A DNA stretch of 49,447 bases from a virus (lineage: Duplodnaviria; Caudoviricetes). Positions within the stretch are counted from its first letter, which is position 1; every line of letters begins with the position of its first letter. Under the pieces are notes generated by a model. It saw nothing but the letters and a program-made list of their open reading frames with translations, had not been told where the DNA came from and made no database searches. Shown here piece by piece: positions 27,724 to 37,824 of the stretch. The position numbers were made by a program, and so were the translations under genes. The DNA lies in the IMG/VR virus record IMGVR_UViG_3300031999_000037, positions 1 through 49,447 of that record; one strand, 5' to 3'.

Positions 27724-28868
27724 CCACATTCACTTACGACGGGGTCGTCGGCACCGGCGACGAGACCGGCTTGACCTTCTCCGCCAACGTTCCTGTCTGC
27801 ACAGAGGACATGGCGTACGCGGTGGTGATCCTGTCGGTTGCTGAGTTCGCAACGTTGCTCGCGGGCGCGCCCGCCGTGCACGGGTCACCGCCGTCCTCGA
27901 CGTTCACCGGGATGACCTACGACATCACCACCCCGGAAGCTGCGCTAGTCGCACCCTACGAGCCGGGCTGTTACCCTGAGTGGGAGCAATTCGCCAACTT
28001 CCGACTCGAGGACGGGGAAGAGCTGTACTACGGAACCGACGTAGGGATGCGGGGTCTCGTTGCAGGAATCGGAGTCTGGCGATATACCACCCGCCCGCTC
28101 ACGTCGGGAGACATCATCTACCACCAGTGGGAAGACAGCCCGCCCGTTAAGATGTCTTCGGTTGCTCTTCAGTTCTCCGGTGTCCGGCCTTCCGAGCCTC
28201 CTGGTGGGCCAGCGCCTGCGGGCAGTGGGCTACCCGTTGGGTCACAAGCGGTGGCGTGGGTTGCCACACTGAGCGGCCCCTTCGCAGCCCCTCCGAACGA
28301 CTGTGACGGGGCGCTGGCATGGAAGGTGCCTGGGATACTCAACTTCACTAAGCAGGGCACCTACTTCGCGTCTCAGGAGCACGGCGCGGTGTTTGGATTC
28401 GCACGCGCCATAGGGGTGCGAGCGGTGTACACGGGCACGGACTACCGCATCGACGCGTTCCCTCCGGACGGCACCCCGCCTGTAGACACACCCGCAGGGT
28501 TGTGGGATACGTGGGGCGGAACAACGGTACTCACGGCATCGGACGCGGTGGACTACAGGCATGGAACGGATCCAGTGCTTGCCATACCCTACGTCGGTCA
28601 ATGGAAATTGCGCGTCACAAACGGCGCAGTTGTCGAAGTGGATATGCAGACCCAGTGGGCTTGTCCGGGGCACTACGATATCTCGTTTCCGCCACCGGCC
28701 ACGGCTGCCCGGCAGTACGCCTGGTACCCGTGCGCGACGTGGGCTACTGGCATGGGCCGCGGCAGAACTAAGCCTCGCTACGAGGGGCTGCTCGGGTGCA
28801 ACAGGTACGTCTCCATCACTACCGACCCATCAATGGTTCTCCCGAACTACCGGAACGCGGAGTTCTAA
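27720..28868 (+). CDS. hypothetical virion protein
   Basis: Coupled ORF in the fibre region. Confidence 0.65.
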   Translation: MTTFTYDGVVGTGDETGLTFSANVPVCTEDMAYAVVILSVAEFATLLAGAPAVHGSPPSSTFTGMTYDITTPEAALVAPYEPGCYPEWEQFANFRLEDGEELYYGTDVGMRGLVAGIGVWRYTTRPLTSGDIIYHQWEDSPPVKMSSVALQFSGVRPSEPPGGPAPAGSGLPVGSQAVAWVATLSGPFAAPPNDCDGALAWKVPGILNFTKQGTYFASQEHGAVFGFARAIGVRAVYTGTDYRIDAFPPDGTPPVDTPAGLWDTWGGTTVLTASDAVDYRHGTDPVLAIPYVGQWKLRVTNGAVVEVDMQTQWACPGHYDISFPPPATAARQYAWYPCATWATGMGRGRTKPRYEGLLGCNRYVSITTDPSMVLPNYRNAEF

Positions 28869-29399
28869 ATGCCTGTCACGAAGCTCATCTCGATCAAGCG
28901 AGCCGTTGAGATGCGGCGCCCCGCGGCGAATGACGACTTCGCACGGGCGCAGCCCATGCACCGGATCGGCACCGGCACCGGATGGGAGCAGCTGGAGCCG
29001 GTCGACATCGCGGGCAACGGCATGGAGACCGCCGAGCCTGCCGGGGCGAACTGGGTCGGCTCGCTCGGCTACCAGTCGCTCTGGTGGAAGTACGAGCCTG
29101 CCGGGCCGCACCACGTGTCGGTGCGCAACGGCCTCTCCACGTTCATGGACTCCACCTCGTCCTTCCCCGTCTCCCCGGCAAAGCTCAACATCATGATGAC
29201 GGCCTACGGCGGAGGGCCGGGCATGGGTGCGCTCACCGAACTGGACTCCACCGACTCCACTGACCCCTCCAACCCCACCCCGGACTTCGACCCGATCATC
29301 GAGTTCGACGTGGTCGCCGGGGACACCTACTGGATTCAGGTGGCGGCATGGGCGCCAGGGACGAACGGTGCCGTCATCCTGGAATGGAACCTGACGTAG
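28869..29399 (+). CDS. PPC-like beta-sandwich protein
   Basis: PAANDDFARA...SLWWKY...VVAGDTYWIQV pattern. Confidence 0.65.
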   Translation: MPVTKLISIKRAVEMRRPAANDDFARAQPMHRIGTGTGWEQLEPVDIAGNGMETAEPAGANWVGSLGYQSLWWKYEPAGPHHVSVRNGLSTFMDSTSSFPVSPAKLNIMMTAYGGGPGMGALTELDSTDSTDPSNPTPDFDPIIEFDVVAGDTYWIQVAAWAPGTNGAVILEWNLT

Positions 29400-30842
29400 T
29401 CAGGCGGAGTGGACGGCCATGACCCGGCCGATCTTGTAGGCCAGTTCTCCGACGCACCCGACAGCGATGGCCAGGGTCATCACGGAGTCCTGCACGACGT
29501 TCTCGTCCGGGATCGCGTAGCCGCGCATCTCCACGTCCAGCTGCGGGCAGGCCAGCGGATCCCACTTCAAGCACGCGGCCTGGAGCAGAGCCTTCGTCTC
29601 CTGGAGGATGCGGGCCTTGCTCGGGGCGGTGGTCTTGAACCCGTGTACCTCACGCTCGCGGATGTTGAGATGCTCGCGCACCGCTTCGCCCGCGGCGTTG
29701 TCCTCGATCACGGTCGGGCCGGGGTACAGTCCGTGTACCTCCTCGATCTCGCGGCCGAGCATCGGGTACGTCTTCTCGCGCAGGCGCCGGTAGTGGACGA
29801 CATCGAACACCGGGTCGGTCACGTCCAGCACGATGATCACGGCTGCGTCCTTGTGTCGACCGACGTCCACGGACTTGAGGTACTTCCGGCCTTCAGTCGG
29901 AGGCATCAGCCCGCGCGCGTCTACCGCAGCCTCATCGATCTCGGCGGTGGTGAAGACGTTGGATCCGCCTGCGACCTGCGCGTCCTCCCACCGCATCGGA
30001 AGCTCGCGCATGACCGCGGCCTTGTCCGGCGCGGCGGCAAGCTTCTGAGCCAGCCACTCGGGCGTACGGTCGGGACGCGCGAGGGCGCCAATGAAGCACG
30101 GGTAGATCGGTCGCCCCTTCCGGTCGATCTGGTCACCGGCCAGGCAGCTGCGCCAGAAGGTGGCGGTGTACGTCGCCGGGCCGATCTCCGTCGTCACGAA
30201 GTGGACGGTGCCTGCGCACGCCTCCTCGATGGATTGCCAGACCCGGCCGGGGTTCGACATGAAGGCCCACTCGTCCACGTGCGCGTGGTTGCACGTCTCG
30301 CCGCGGGCCGTGTCGTTGTCGGCCGGGTACGCCTTGACCGTCCGGGTGTCCTGCTCGTCGTTCCCGATCTGATAGTCGGTCAGGGTCTCGCGCTGCACCG
30401 GCAGCCTCATGAACTCGGGCAGGTTCTCTAGTCCGAACTTAACGCGCTCCAGCAGACCGATGGCCTCAAGCTCTCGCTTGTGGAACAGGTGGACGCGAGC
30501 GTTCTGAGGGCCGAAGCGCGTGACCCATCCGTCGAACGCGCACTCGATGGTGGTCTCACCCAGCTGCCGTGCCTTCAGGAAGAACACCCAGTTCTCGCTC
30601 TCGGCCACCCGCACGAACTCTTCCTGGGCGGGCCATAGGACTTCGCCGAGGGTCTGCACCTCGCCGGTGTCCTGGTTCGTGAAGCGCCAGTACTTCAGGA
30701 AGTGGCGAAACGACGTGGCGCACCGGCCAAGCTCCTCCACGAGATCATCCGGCGTGCCGCTCGTCGCCAGGGCGTGCTTCCAACCCACGGGTGTCATCAG
30801 TAGCGTCGGCTTCCGGATTTGAGCCACCACAGCCCCTTTCAC
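29400..30842 (-). CDS. terL: terminase large subunit
   Basis: FLKARQLGET (Walker A-like), ARG...HVDEWAF (Walker B), nuclease motifs SVDVG..KD and QDSVMTLA. Confidence 0.92.
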   Translation of the reverse strand: MKGAVVAQIRKPTLLMTPVGWKHALATSGTPDDLVEELGRCATSFRHFLKYWRFTNQDTGEVQTLGEVLWPAQEEFVRVAESENWVFFLKARQLGETTIECAFDGWVTRFGPQNARVHLFHKRELEAIGLLERVKFGLENLPEFMRLPVQRETLTDYQIGNDEQDTRTVKAYPADNDTARGETCNHAHVDEWAFMSNPGRVWQSIEEACAGTVHFVTTEIGPATYTATFWRSCLAGDQIDRKGRPIYPCFIGALARPDRTPEWLAQKLAAAPDKAAVMRELPMRWEDAQVAGGSNVFTTAEIDEAAVDARGLMPPTEGRKYLKSVDVGRHKDAAVIIVLDVTDPVFDVVHYRRLREKTYPMLGREIEEVHGLYPGPTVIEDNAAGEAVREHLNIREREVHGFKTTAPSKARILQETKALLQAACLKWDPLACPQLDVEMRGYAIPDENVVQDSVMTLAIAVGCVGELAYKIGRVMAVHSA

Positions 30843-30933
30843 ACGCCTATCGCGGTACGCGGCTCAGCGCTCGTACAGAGTCTACAGCGCGCACACGCGC
30901 CCACACGGCTACGCACGGGCGGGAATCCGGGCA

Positions 30934-31128
30934 TTACCGTGCGTGCTTGCGCACGTGGCGCCGGATGTGCCGGTTCGCGGGCATCAGCGTGGCGCTCTGC
31001 TTCGAGCCGCAGCCGCACGTGTAGATCACGAGCGCCTTGCCGTCCTGGCGAGCGTAGTACCGCTGCTGCGGATGGTGGTGCGCCCAGCACCATGCTCGTA
31101 CCAGCCACTGCGGAATGAACCGACGCAT
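30934..31128 (-). CDS. small hypothetical protein
   Basis: TATCCT-N6-ATG on the minus strand; Cys/His-rich. Confidence 0.55.
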   Translation of the reverse strand: MRRFIPQWLVRAWCWAHHHPQQRYYARQDGKALVIYTCGCGSKQSATLMPANRHIRRHVRKHAR

Positions 31129-31184
31129 GCGTCGAGGATAGCAGCGGCCCAGGATCATACCGCCGCTGCGGGTAGACTCCCAGC

Positions 31185-32834
31185 ATGGCAACGCCTCCGA
31201 AGTCCTCTGCGCCCGCCGGGCGAGTCACCGCACCTGTAGACGTCGCCAAGGCAGTCAGGGAGGCGGGCGGCACCGAGCGCGGCAAGGTCATGAAGGTGCT
31301 CTACTACGACGACGCGGGGAACGCGGTCGGCGAGTGGTCGAGCACGCAGATCCCCGAGGACGCGTTCTCGTACAGCGACCGCGGAATCCAGGAGCCGCCC
31401 TACCGCATGGAGCAGCTGGTCTACCTGGCAGAGCAGCACCCGATCCACTCCAGCGCCCTCGAACAGAAGACCGTCGACGTGTGTGGCACAGGGTGGAACT
31501 GGGAGGCCATCGATGAGGAGGCTCCGCCGAACCCGGAGGCCCTTGCCGAGATCACATCCTGGTTCGAGAGCCTTGCCCCGGACGACGAGTCGATGCAGGA
31601 GGTCATCAGCGCAGCCTGGAACGACGTCGAGACGGTGGGCTGGGGACTGATCGAGGTAGCGCGCGACCCGCAAGGACTCGCTCGCAAGCTCTACCACGTC
31701 CCTGGCCACACCGTCCGCGCGCACCGGGACGGCTTCCGGCTCGTCCAGATCCGCGGCCAGAAGAAGGTCTGGTTCCGCCGCTGGGGAGCCGAGACCGACT
31801 CCGGTGAGAAGGTCGAGGTCGACTCGAAGACCGGCTCGCTCACGAAGATCAACGACCCGGCCAACGACCTGTTCGTCATCCGCAAGAAGTCGCGGCGCTC
31901 AAGCTGGTACGGGATCCCGATCTACATCTCGGCAGTCGGCTGGCTCGCGCTGGCCCTCGCGGCGCGCGACGACAACATCCAGTTCTTCGCCAACCGGCGC
32001 GAGCCTCGCTGGGCGATCATCCTCACGAACCTGGAGGACGACCCGGACGTCGAGGAGGACATCCGGCGCGCGTTCACCGTCGACCTGAAGCAGCCGCACC
32101 GCAACATCATCGTGCCCATCGCGGGCGACGGCAAGATCGACTTCCAGCAGCTGTCCGGCAAGGGCATCGCAGACGGCACGTTCGAGAAGCTCTCGGAGCG
32201 GGCCGACAAGGCGATCCTGGTGTCGCACCGGATCCCCGGCGAGCGTATCGCCTCGGTCACCGTAGGCACGCTCGGCGGCAACCTGGCTGACGAAGTCAAC
32301 AGAGTCTACAAGGAGGGCGTGGTTGCACCGAGCCAGGCGCTCTACGACCAGCGCCTCAACCGGCTCATCCAGGTTGAGTGGGAGCGGGCACACGCCACCA
32401 CCATCACCGGGGAAGGTGAGGTCGCCGTCCCGTACCAGCTGGTGCTGGACGATCTCGACATCGAGACGGAGCGGCAAGAAGCCGAGCTATCGATACTCCT
32501 CTTCCACGCAGACGTCATCACCCTGGGCGAGGCCCGGCGCCGCATGGGCATGGAGCCGGTGTACCAGCCGCCGCTGCGTGACGAGACCGGAGCCATCCTC
32601 GCGGGTACGGACAAGATCGAATCCGAGTACAACGACATGCTCTTCACCGAGCTACCGGGCGCGAGCGGCGCAGGCGGCAGCCCTGGCGCGGCGCCGACCG
32701 GAGCAGGACTGGAGAAGGGTGCCGGGGATAACCTGGATGGCCTTCGCACCGGTGTCGCTACCCTGCTCCTTGAGGCCCGTGAGAACCATGCCCGCATCCA
32801 GGAGTACGCACAGGCGGCGTCGGAGGACGGGTGA
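31185..32834 (+). CDS. portal protein (PBSX-like)
   Basis: G.GLIEVARD..G, LYHVPGHTVR, WYGIP, QFFAN, ITLGEAR. Confidence 0.9.
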   Translation: MATPPKSSAPAGRVTAPVDVAKAVREAGGTERGKVMKVLYYDDAGNAVGEWSSTQIPEDAFSYSDRGIQEPPYRMEQLVYLAEQHPIHSSALEQKTVDVCGTGWNWEAIDEEAPPNPEALAEITSWFESLAPDDESMQEVISAAWNDVETVGWGLIEVARDPQGLARKLYHVPGHTVRAHRDGFRLVQIRGQKKVWFRRWGAETDSGEKVEVDSKTGSLTKINDPANDLFVIRKKSRRSSWYGIPIYISAVGWLALALAARDDNIQFFANRREPRWAIILTNLEDDPDVEEDIRRAFTVDLKQPHRNIIVPIAGDGKIDFQQLSGKGIADGTFEKLSERADKAILVSHRIPGERIASVTVGTLGGNLADEVNRVYKEGVVAPSQALYDQRLNRLIQVEWERAHATTITGEGEVAVPYQLVLDDLDIETERQEAELSILLFHADVITLGEARRRMGMEPVYQPPLRDETGAILAGTDKIESEYNDMLFTELPGASGAGGSPGAAPTGAGLEKGAGDNLDGLRTGVATLLLEARENHARIQEYAQAASEDG

Positions 32835-35800
32835 TCGCTGAGCGCGGTGCGGCGGTAGCCGAGTCCCGCGAGTACTTGAAGAGCCTGCGTCGGCTCTTCG
32901 TCTACGCGCAAGCAGCCAGCGCTGTCGAGAAGGGCACCTTCTCAACGAGCCAACGGGCGTACCAGCAGCGGCTGGATCAGGAGCAAGCCTGGATCGAGAC
33001 AATGGATCCGGTGATCCAGGGATGGTTCCGCGACTACCACCTCACCTCCGCGATCATGTACGCGCAGGCCGCGTGGGGAACCCCGAACGTGCTCAAGCGG
33101 TTCTGGCTGTCTGTGCGCCGGGCCGCGCCACCGCCCGGCGAGTACATCCCTCCCGACCGGGCAGAGATCGCTGCGGCGCTGCGCGGCGCCAACAACGTCG
33201 AAGCGCTTGAGAGCGGCGGCGTGCGCGCGTACATCGGAGCGGCCGGTGAAACGAGCGCGGTAGCGGGCCAGTCCGCGCTGGAGCACATGGGGCTGCACAA
33301 GACGTTCGAGTGGGCGCACCCGCGCAACATGCCGAACGCGGTCTACTCCGTTCGCGGCAGCAAGATTATCCAGCAGGCATACGGCACGCACACCGACCGG
33401 CTGGCCGGACTCATCTCGCGCGCCACGGATCCGCGGAACCCGAAGACCCTGTCGCAGGTGCAGGCGCAGATCCGAGCGGAGTGGCCCGCCCTGGAGCGGT
33501 ACCAAGTCGAGCGGATCGCGCGCACGGAGACCGCGGCGGTCTGGACGACCACCACCCTCAACTCCTACCAGGCGAACGGCATCACCTCGTACGAGTCGAG
33601 CGTTGCCCACGGGCCTACCATCGGGATCGACTCCGAGGATCCCTGCGACGAGTGCATCGACGCCGCGTCCGAGATCCACTCGGTGGACGACGGGGAGCAG
33701 CCGCCCTGGCATCCGAACTGCCGCTGCGAGGTCGTGCCTACGCTGGAGGACGAGGAGGGCAACCTGTGGCTACCGCCGGACGAGCCGTGGGCCGGTGGCG
33801 AAGCCGTCATCGAGGACACCTTGGAGGCCGACCTGGCCTGGGCCGAGGTGGAGGCGTCCTGGCCGGAGGGCGAACTTGCTCCTCGGCTGGCCGGGCAGGA
33901 CGTGATTCTGGAGGCTCCTGCAACACTGGCTCCGGCGTACCTCCCGCTGAAGCCGGGCGCACTACTGGACGGAATTCCGGCGCAGCAGATCAGCGAGTCG
34001 ATCACGAGCACGAACAACCGCATCTCCGGTCTCAAGAACCGGATCAAGATCGCAACGCAGCGCGGGGATCCAGAGGTCGACCTGCGGCAGCTGCATACCC
34101 GGCTCCAGACCGAGCTTGACTGGCGCGACACGCTGAAGCGTGCGAACAACGACCCGGTGCGTCCGCGGCCGGTCGTTGAGCCTCCGCCCGAGCCAGCGCC
34201 AGCACCCGCCGGGATGTCCTCCCTCATGGATCTCGACGCGGCAGCTTCCGAGATCTCGCCGGGCCGTGTCGAGGTATGGCGCGTGGGGAACACGGCCGAT
34301 ACCGGGCGCGGCGTGTTCTTCGGCGAGTCGCAGGAGTCGATTCGGGCGTACGCCAGCCTCCACCCCGGCGAGCAGATCACGCGCTACATCATCGACGTCA
34401 ACCGCACGAAGGTCTACCGGAGCGCAGCCGAGGCAGCCCAGGATCTGTTCGGCAAGTCCATGAACGATCTGATGTACGGGTACGAGCGGCGCGAGTCAAT
34501 CACGTCCACGCAGGCGTACCGGAAGGTCGAGGAGCGAATCGCCCGAACGCTCCGGTCGCAGGGCTACGACTCGATCATGTACACCGAGCCTCCGGCGCCC
34601 GCCCTGCGCGAACTGGCCATCATCACGAAGCGGCCCATCGTGAACCTCGCCGACGAGATCATCGTCAAGCCTCGGTTCGACCCGCCGGTCGTGGTGGAGC
34701 CGCGGCCCGTAGTGGTAGAGCCACCTCCCGCACCCGAGCCTCCCGCCATCCCCACGGTTACGCAGGAGGCGATGGACACGTGGACGACGGATGGGTCAGT
34801 CGTGAACGTCTACCTCCGCGGAGACCTGGAGGTCGCGCGCGAGATGATGCCGGGTGTAACCGAGGCCGGGCTGCAGGAGATCACGACGGTGATCGATAAG
34901 GGCATGACCGCAACCAGTGCAGACCAGATCGTGTGGCGCGGTACGGGCGCGTGGCGCGATGCTGCGGGAGTGCCGTACAGCGCGGCGCCGGTGGATCTGG
35001 TCGGGCGCACGTGGACGGATGCGGCCTTCACGAGTACCGACCTGGAGCGGGCAACGGCTGAGGCATACGGAGACGGCAAGGTCATCTTCCGCGTCCACGT
35101 CCCGGCCGGAACGGACGCACTCAAGATCCCACGGATCGAACCGAAGACCGGCGGCAACTTCTCCGTGATGAGCCAGGACGAACTGGTGCTTGCACGCGAC
35201 ACCGAGTTCAGGGCCACCGCGGTCACGCGCGAGGGCGAGTACGAGATCGTGGACGTCGAGATCGTCCCGAAGGGATCTGATCCACCGGAGCCAACACCTG
35301 CTCCGCGCGAGCTACCCGGCGATCCGGTGCCCGCGGACGAATACCCGAAGGACGGCTACCTCTACCACGTCGGGCCTACCCAGGCCGAGGCCAGCATCCG
35401 TGAGCGCGGCCTGGTGCCGGGTGGCAAAGTGCCGGGCGGCGTGCCGAACCCAGGGCAGGACTTCCTGCCGGACTTCCCCGGCGTCTACGCGCACGAGGAT
35501 CTACAGGGTGCCGTGTTCAACCTGGAGCAGGCAGACGAGATGGCAATCGAGATCGGCCTACCACCCGGCGACTTCCAGATCTACCGCTTCAAAATCCCAG
35601 AGGCCGAGCGGCCCAAGGTACGCCTGGACTCTGAGCACTCCTTCGCGTACACGGACACGGTCAAGCCGGACTGGATCGAGATCCGCAACCCAGATGGATC
35701 CTTTCGGCCGCTCGTCCCGCGCAACGAGCCTCCGCTGCCTCCCGAGGGATTCGGCACGAAGACCGGCCGGTCACCCGCTGGGGCGCTGCGCAACTTCAGG

Positions 35801-37510
35801 CAGATGGGGGACGAGAAGCTGAAGACGACCTGGCGCACGGTCGAGCGCGAGGCAAACGACCCGGATGCCGCGCGAGCACTCCGTGCAGAAGGCTCCTCTC
35901 GCGGAATGCAGAACCCGTGGTACCGGGCGGAACCTGAGCCGGTGGTGCCGAAGCCTGTCGCTCCGCCTCCGCCCACACCTCCACCGGGGCCGGTTGTACC
36001 ACCTCCGGCTCCTACTCCTCCTCCTCCGCCTCCGCCACCACCGCCACCTCCGGTAGTCGTAGAGCCGGTGCCGCTGCCCGGCAACCCGGCCGAGCTTCGC
36101 GCGCAAATCACGTCGACCAACAACCGGATCTCCGGACTGAAGACCCGGATCAAGAAGCTGGAGGTGGACGACCCGCAGGGCAAGTTGCCCGAGGTACGCG
36201 CACGGCTCGATCAGGAGCTTGCCCACCGGGACGCACTGAAGGAGCAGCTGAAGGGCGCGCCTACCGCGCCACGCGCGGCTCGTACCACGCCTGCTCCGGC
36301 TCCTCCGCTTGAGCCTCCCGCCAAGGAGATCACGTACATCCCTGGAGACCCGAAGATCACACGGCCGAAGGGTGCGCCGACGAAGCTCGCCGAGGAGGTC
36401 GAGAAGATCCGCAAGGAGGTCAACTGGAACGTTGACCACCTCCCGTCGAACGTCAACCCGGCGGCGGTGACCGAGCAGCGCATGAAGGCGATGGCCCAGA
36501 TGGGTGAGAAGATCGATGAGGCAATCGCGGAGCGTACGTCGGCGCCGCGGCTGCGCGCGCGCACGGCACAGCAGGCCCATGTCGATGCGAGGCGTCGTTC
36601 GGAGATAGCGCAGGGCGAGCGCGACGACCGCATCCGTCCGCTCCGCAAGGCCATGTGGGACGAGAGGTACGAGGCGCAGCGGCTGTACGGCGAGAAGCCC
36701 ATGACCGAACTGAAGGAATTGTACGAGCCGCTTCGGGTTACCGACGACGCGCTCCAGGCTGCGAGCAGCGAGGGCATCGGGCGTGGCCAGGAGCTATGGC
36801 GCGCTCTGTCGGAAGCCATCGACGAGCAGGAGGCCGCGGATAAGGCCCTGTTCGAGGCCGAGCGAAAGGCCACCCTGGAAGCTCTCGGGGAGATCAGGGA
36901 GATGGGGCCGACGAAGGAGATCAAGCTGCGCCACGCGCTCGGCCGCTACCGAGTAAGCACCAGTGGCACCGCGGATCTCGGAACGGACGCGCAGGCCGAG
37001 TGCAAGAAGATGTCGAAGGTGCTCGACAAGGCATCCCAGTTCCTGCCGCGCGACTGGATCAAAGCGATGGATCGTCCCATCGACTCGGGGCGCGTGAAGC
37101 GAGGCTACGCGAACACCGGCGGGCACGAGGTCGTCATCCGGCTATCCCCGGATCAGGGCGGCAGGTTGATGGGCGGGAGCGGCGGCGATAGCAGGTACTT
37201 GAGCACGGCCCTGCACGAGCTTGGCCACATGGTCGAGGCCGACATCAAGGGCTTCAAGGAGGCCGAGAGCAAGTTCTACCAGTACCGCGCGAAGGGTGAG
37301 ACTGCGAAGCCGCACCGGGGCATGTCCTCCGGCGAGGAGACCATTGAGGACGACTGGGCGCACGTCTACATGGGCCGGTACTACGGGCGCGACAACTATG
37401 AGATCATGACGATGGCGCTAGAGGACATCTTTAACACGGCGGAGAAGCGAGGGCGCACAATGGATCCCGAGCACCGGCGGTGGGCGCTCGGTATGCTTGC
37501 GGCGCTCTAG
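32831..37510 (+). CDS. MuF (minor head) polyvalent protein with ADP-ribosyltransferase-like and metallopeptidase domains
   Basis: RIARTE and HPNCRC (MuF); VWRG...FTST...QDELVL (VIP2-type ART); YLYH...IRERGL (ART-like); HELGH zincin motif. Confidence 0.85.
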   Translation: MIAERGAAVAESREYLKSLRRLFVYAQAASAVEKGTFSTSQRAYQQRLDQEQAWIETMDPVIQGWFRDYHLTSAIMYAQAAWGTPNVLKRFWLSVRRAAPPPGEYIPPDRAEIAAALRGANNVEALESGGVRAYIGAAGETSAVAGQSALEHMGLHKTFEWAHPRNMPNAVYSVRGSKIIQQAYGTHTDRLAGLISRATDPRNPKTLSQVQAQIRAEWPALERYQVERIARTETAAVWTTTTLNSYQANGITSYESSVAHGPTIGIDSEDPCDECIDAASEIHSVDDGEQPPWHPNCRCEVVPTLEDEEGNLWLPPDEPWAGGEAVIEDTLEADLAWAEVEASWPEGELAPRLAGQDVILEAPATLAPAYLPLKPGALLDGIPAQQISESITSTNNRISGLKNRIKIATQRGDPEVDLRQLHTRLQTELDWRDTLKRANNDPVRPRPVVEPPPEPAPAPAGMSSLMDLDAAASEISPGRVEVWRVGNTADTGRGVFFGESQESIRAYASLHPGEQITRYIIDVNRTKVYRSAAEAAQDLFGKSMNDLMYGYERRESITSTQAYRKVEERIARTLRSQGYDSIMYTEPPAPALRELAIITKRPIVNLADEIIVKPRFDPPVVVEPRPVVVEPPPAPEPPAIPTVTQEAMDTWTTDGSVVNVYLRGDLEVAREMMPGVTEAGLQEITTVIDKGMTATSADQIVWRGTGAWRDAAGVPYSAAPVDLVGRTWTDAAFTSTDLERATAEAYGDGKVIFRVHVPAGTDALKIPRIEPKTGGNFSVMSQDELVLARDTEFRATAVTREGEYEIVDVEIVPKGSDPPEPTPAPRELPGDPVPADEYPKDGYLYHVGPTQAEASIRERGLVPGGKVPGGVPNPGQDFLPDFPGVYAHEDLQGAVFNLEQADEMAIEIGLPPGDFQIYRFKIPEAERPKVRLDSEHSFAYTDTVKPDWIEIRNPDGSFRPLVPRNEPPLPPEGFGTKTGRSPAGALRNFRQMGDEKLKTTWRTVEREANDPDAARALRAEGSSRGMQNPWYRAEPEPVVPKPVAPPPPTPPPGPVVPPPAPTPPPPPPPPPPPPVVVEPVPLPGNPAELRAQITSTNNRISGLKTRIKKLEVDDPQGKLPEVRARLDQELAHRDALKEQLKGAPTAPRAARTTPAPAPPLEPPAKEITYIPGDPKITRPKGAPTKLAEEVEKIRKEVNWNVDHLPSNVNPAAVTEQRMKAMAQMGEKIDEAIAERTSAPRLRARTAQQAHVDARRRSEIAQGERDDRIRPLRKAMWDERYEAQRLYGEKPMTELKELYEPLRVTDDALQAASSEGIGRGQELWRALSEAIDEQEAADKALFEAERKATLEALGEIREMGPTKEIKLRHALGRYRVSTSGTADLGTDAQAECKKMSKVLDKASQFLPRDWIKAMDRPIDSGRVKRGYANTGGHEVVIRLSPDQGGRLMGGSGGDSRYLSTALHELGHMVEADIKGFKEAESKFYQYRAKGETAKPHRGMSSGEETIEDDWAHVYMGRYYGRDNYEIMTMALEDIFNTAEKRGRTMDPEHRRWALGMLAAL

Positions 37511-37821
37511 CCTTCGACGTCAGTGGGCAAGCGGTACTCGTGCGATAGCCGCTCGTACACGATGGACGCGTTGACGTCGAAGCCGACGTTCATGTCATCG
37601 AACGCGTGCATGGCGGTGACGTACGCCACCTCGTCCGGGTGGTCGGCGGCAGTCCAGCAAGGCCCGGTCGGCGTGAAGCACACGGACTCGCCTCGGTCGA
37701 TCAGGAGGGCGAGCGGCACGGGCTGCGCCAGGTGGTCTCCGAAACCGTCGTGCTCCGACCACTTGATCTCAGCGGCGCGCCCGTTGATCGAGCCGGTGAT
37801 AGTGAAATCAGGAACGCCCAT
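37507..37821 (-). CDS. hypothetical protein
   Basis: Convergent with MuF; directly follows 37825-38067. Confidence 0.65.
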   Translation of the reverse strand: MGVPDFTITGSINGRAAEIKWSEHDGFGDHLAQPVPLALLIDRGESVCFTPTGPCWTAADHPDEVAYVTAMHAFDDMNVGFDVNASIVYERLSHEYRLPTDVEG

Positions 37822-37824
37822 CGG

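Noticed and set aside
25463-28868. Diversity-generating retroelement acting on fibre genes
   Set aside because: No reverse transcriptase and no adenine-specific TR/VR pair; the shared module is diverged at the protein level
37507-37821. Immunity gene for the MuF toxin domains
   Set aside because: Convergent and part of a separate minus-strand unit; no positive evidence, though not excluded
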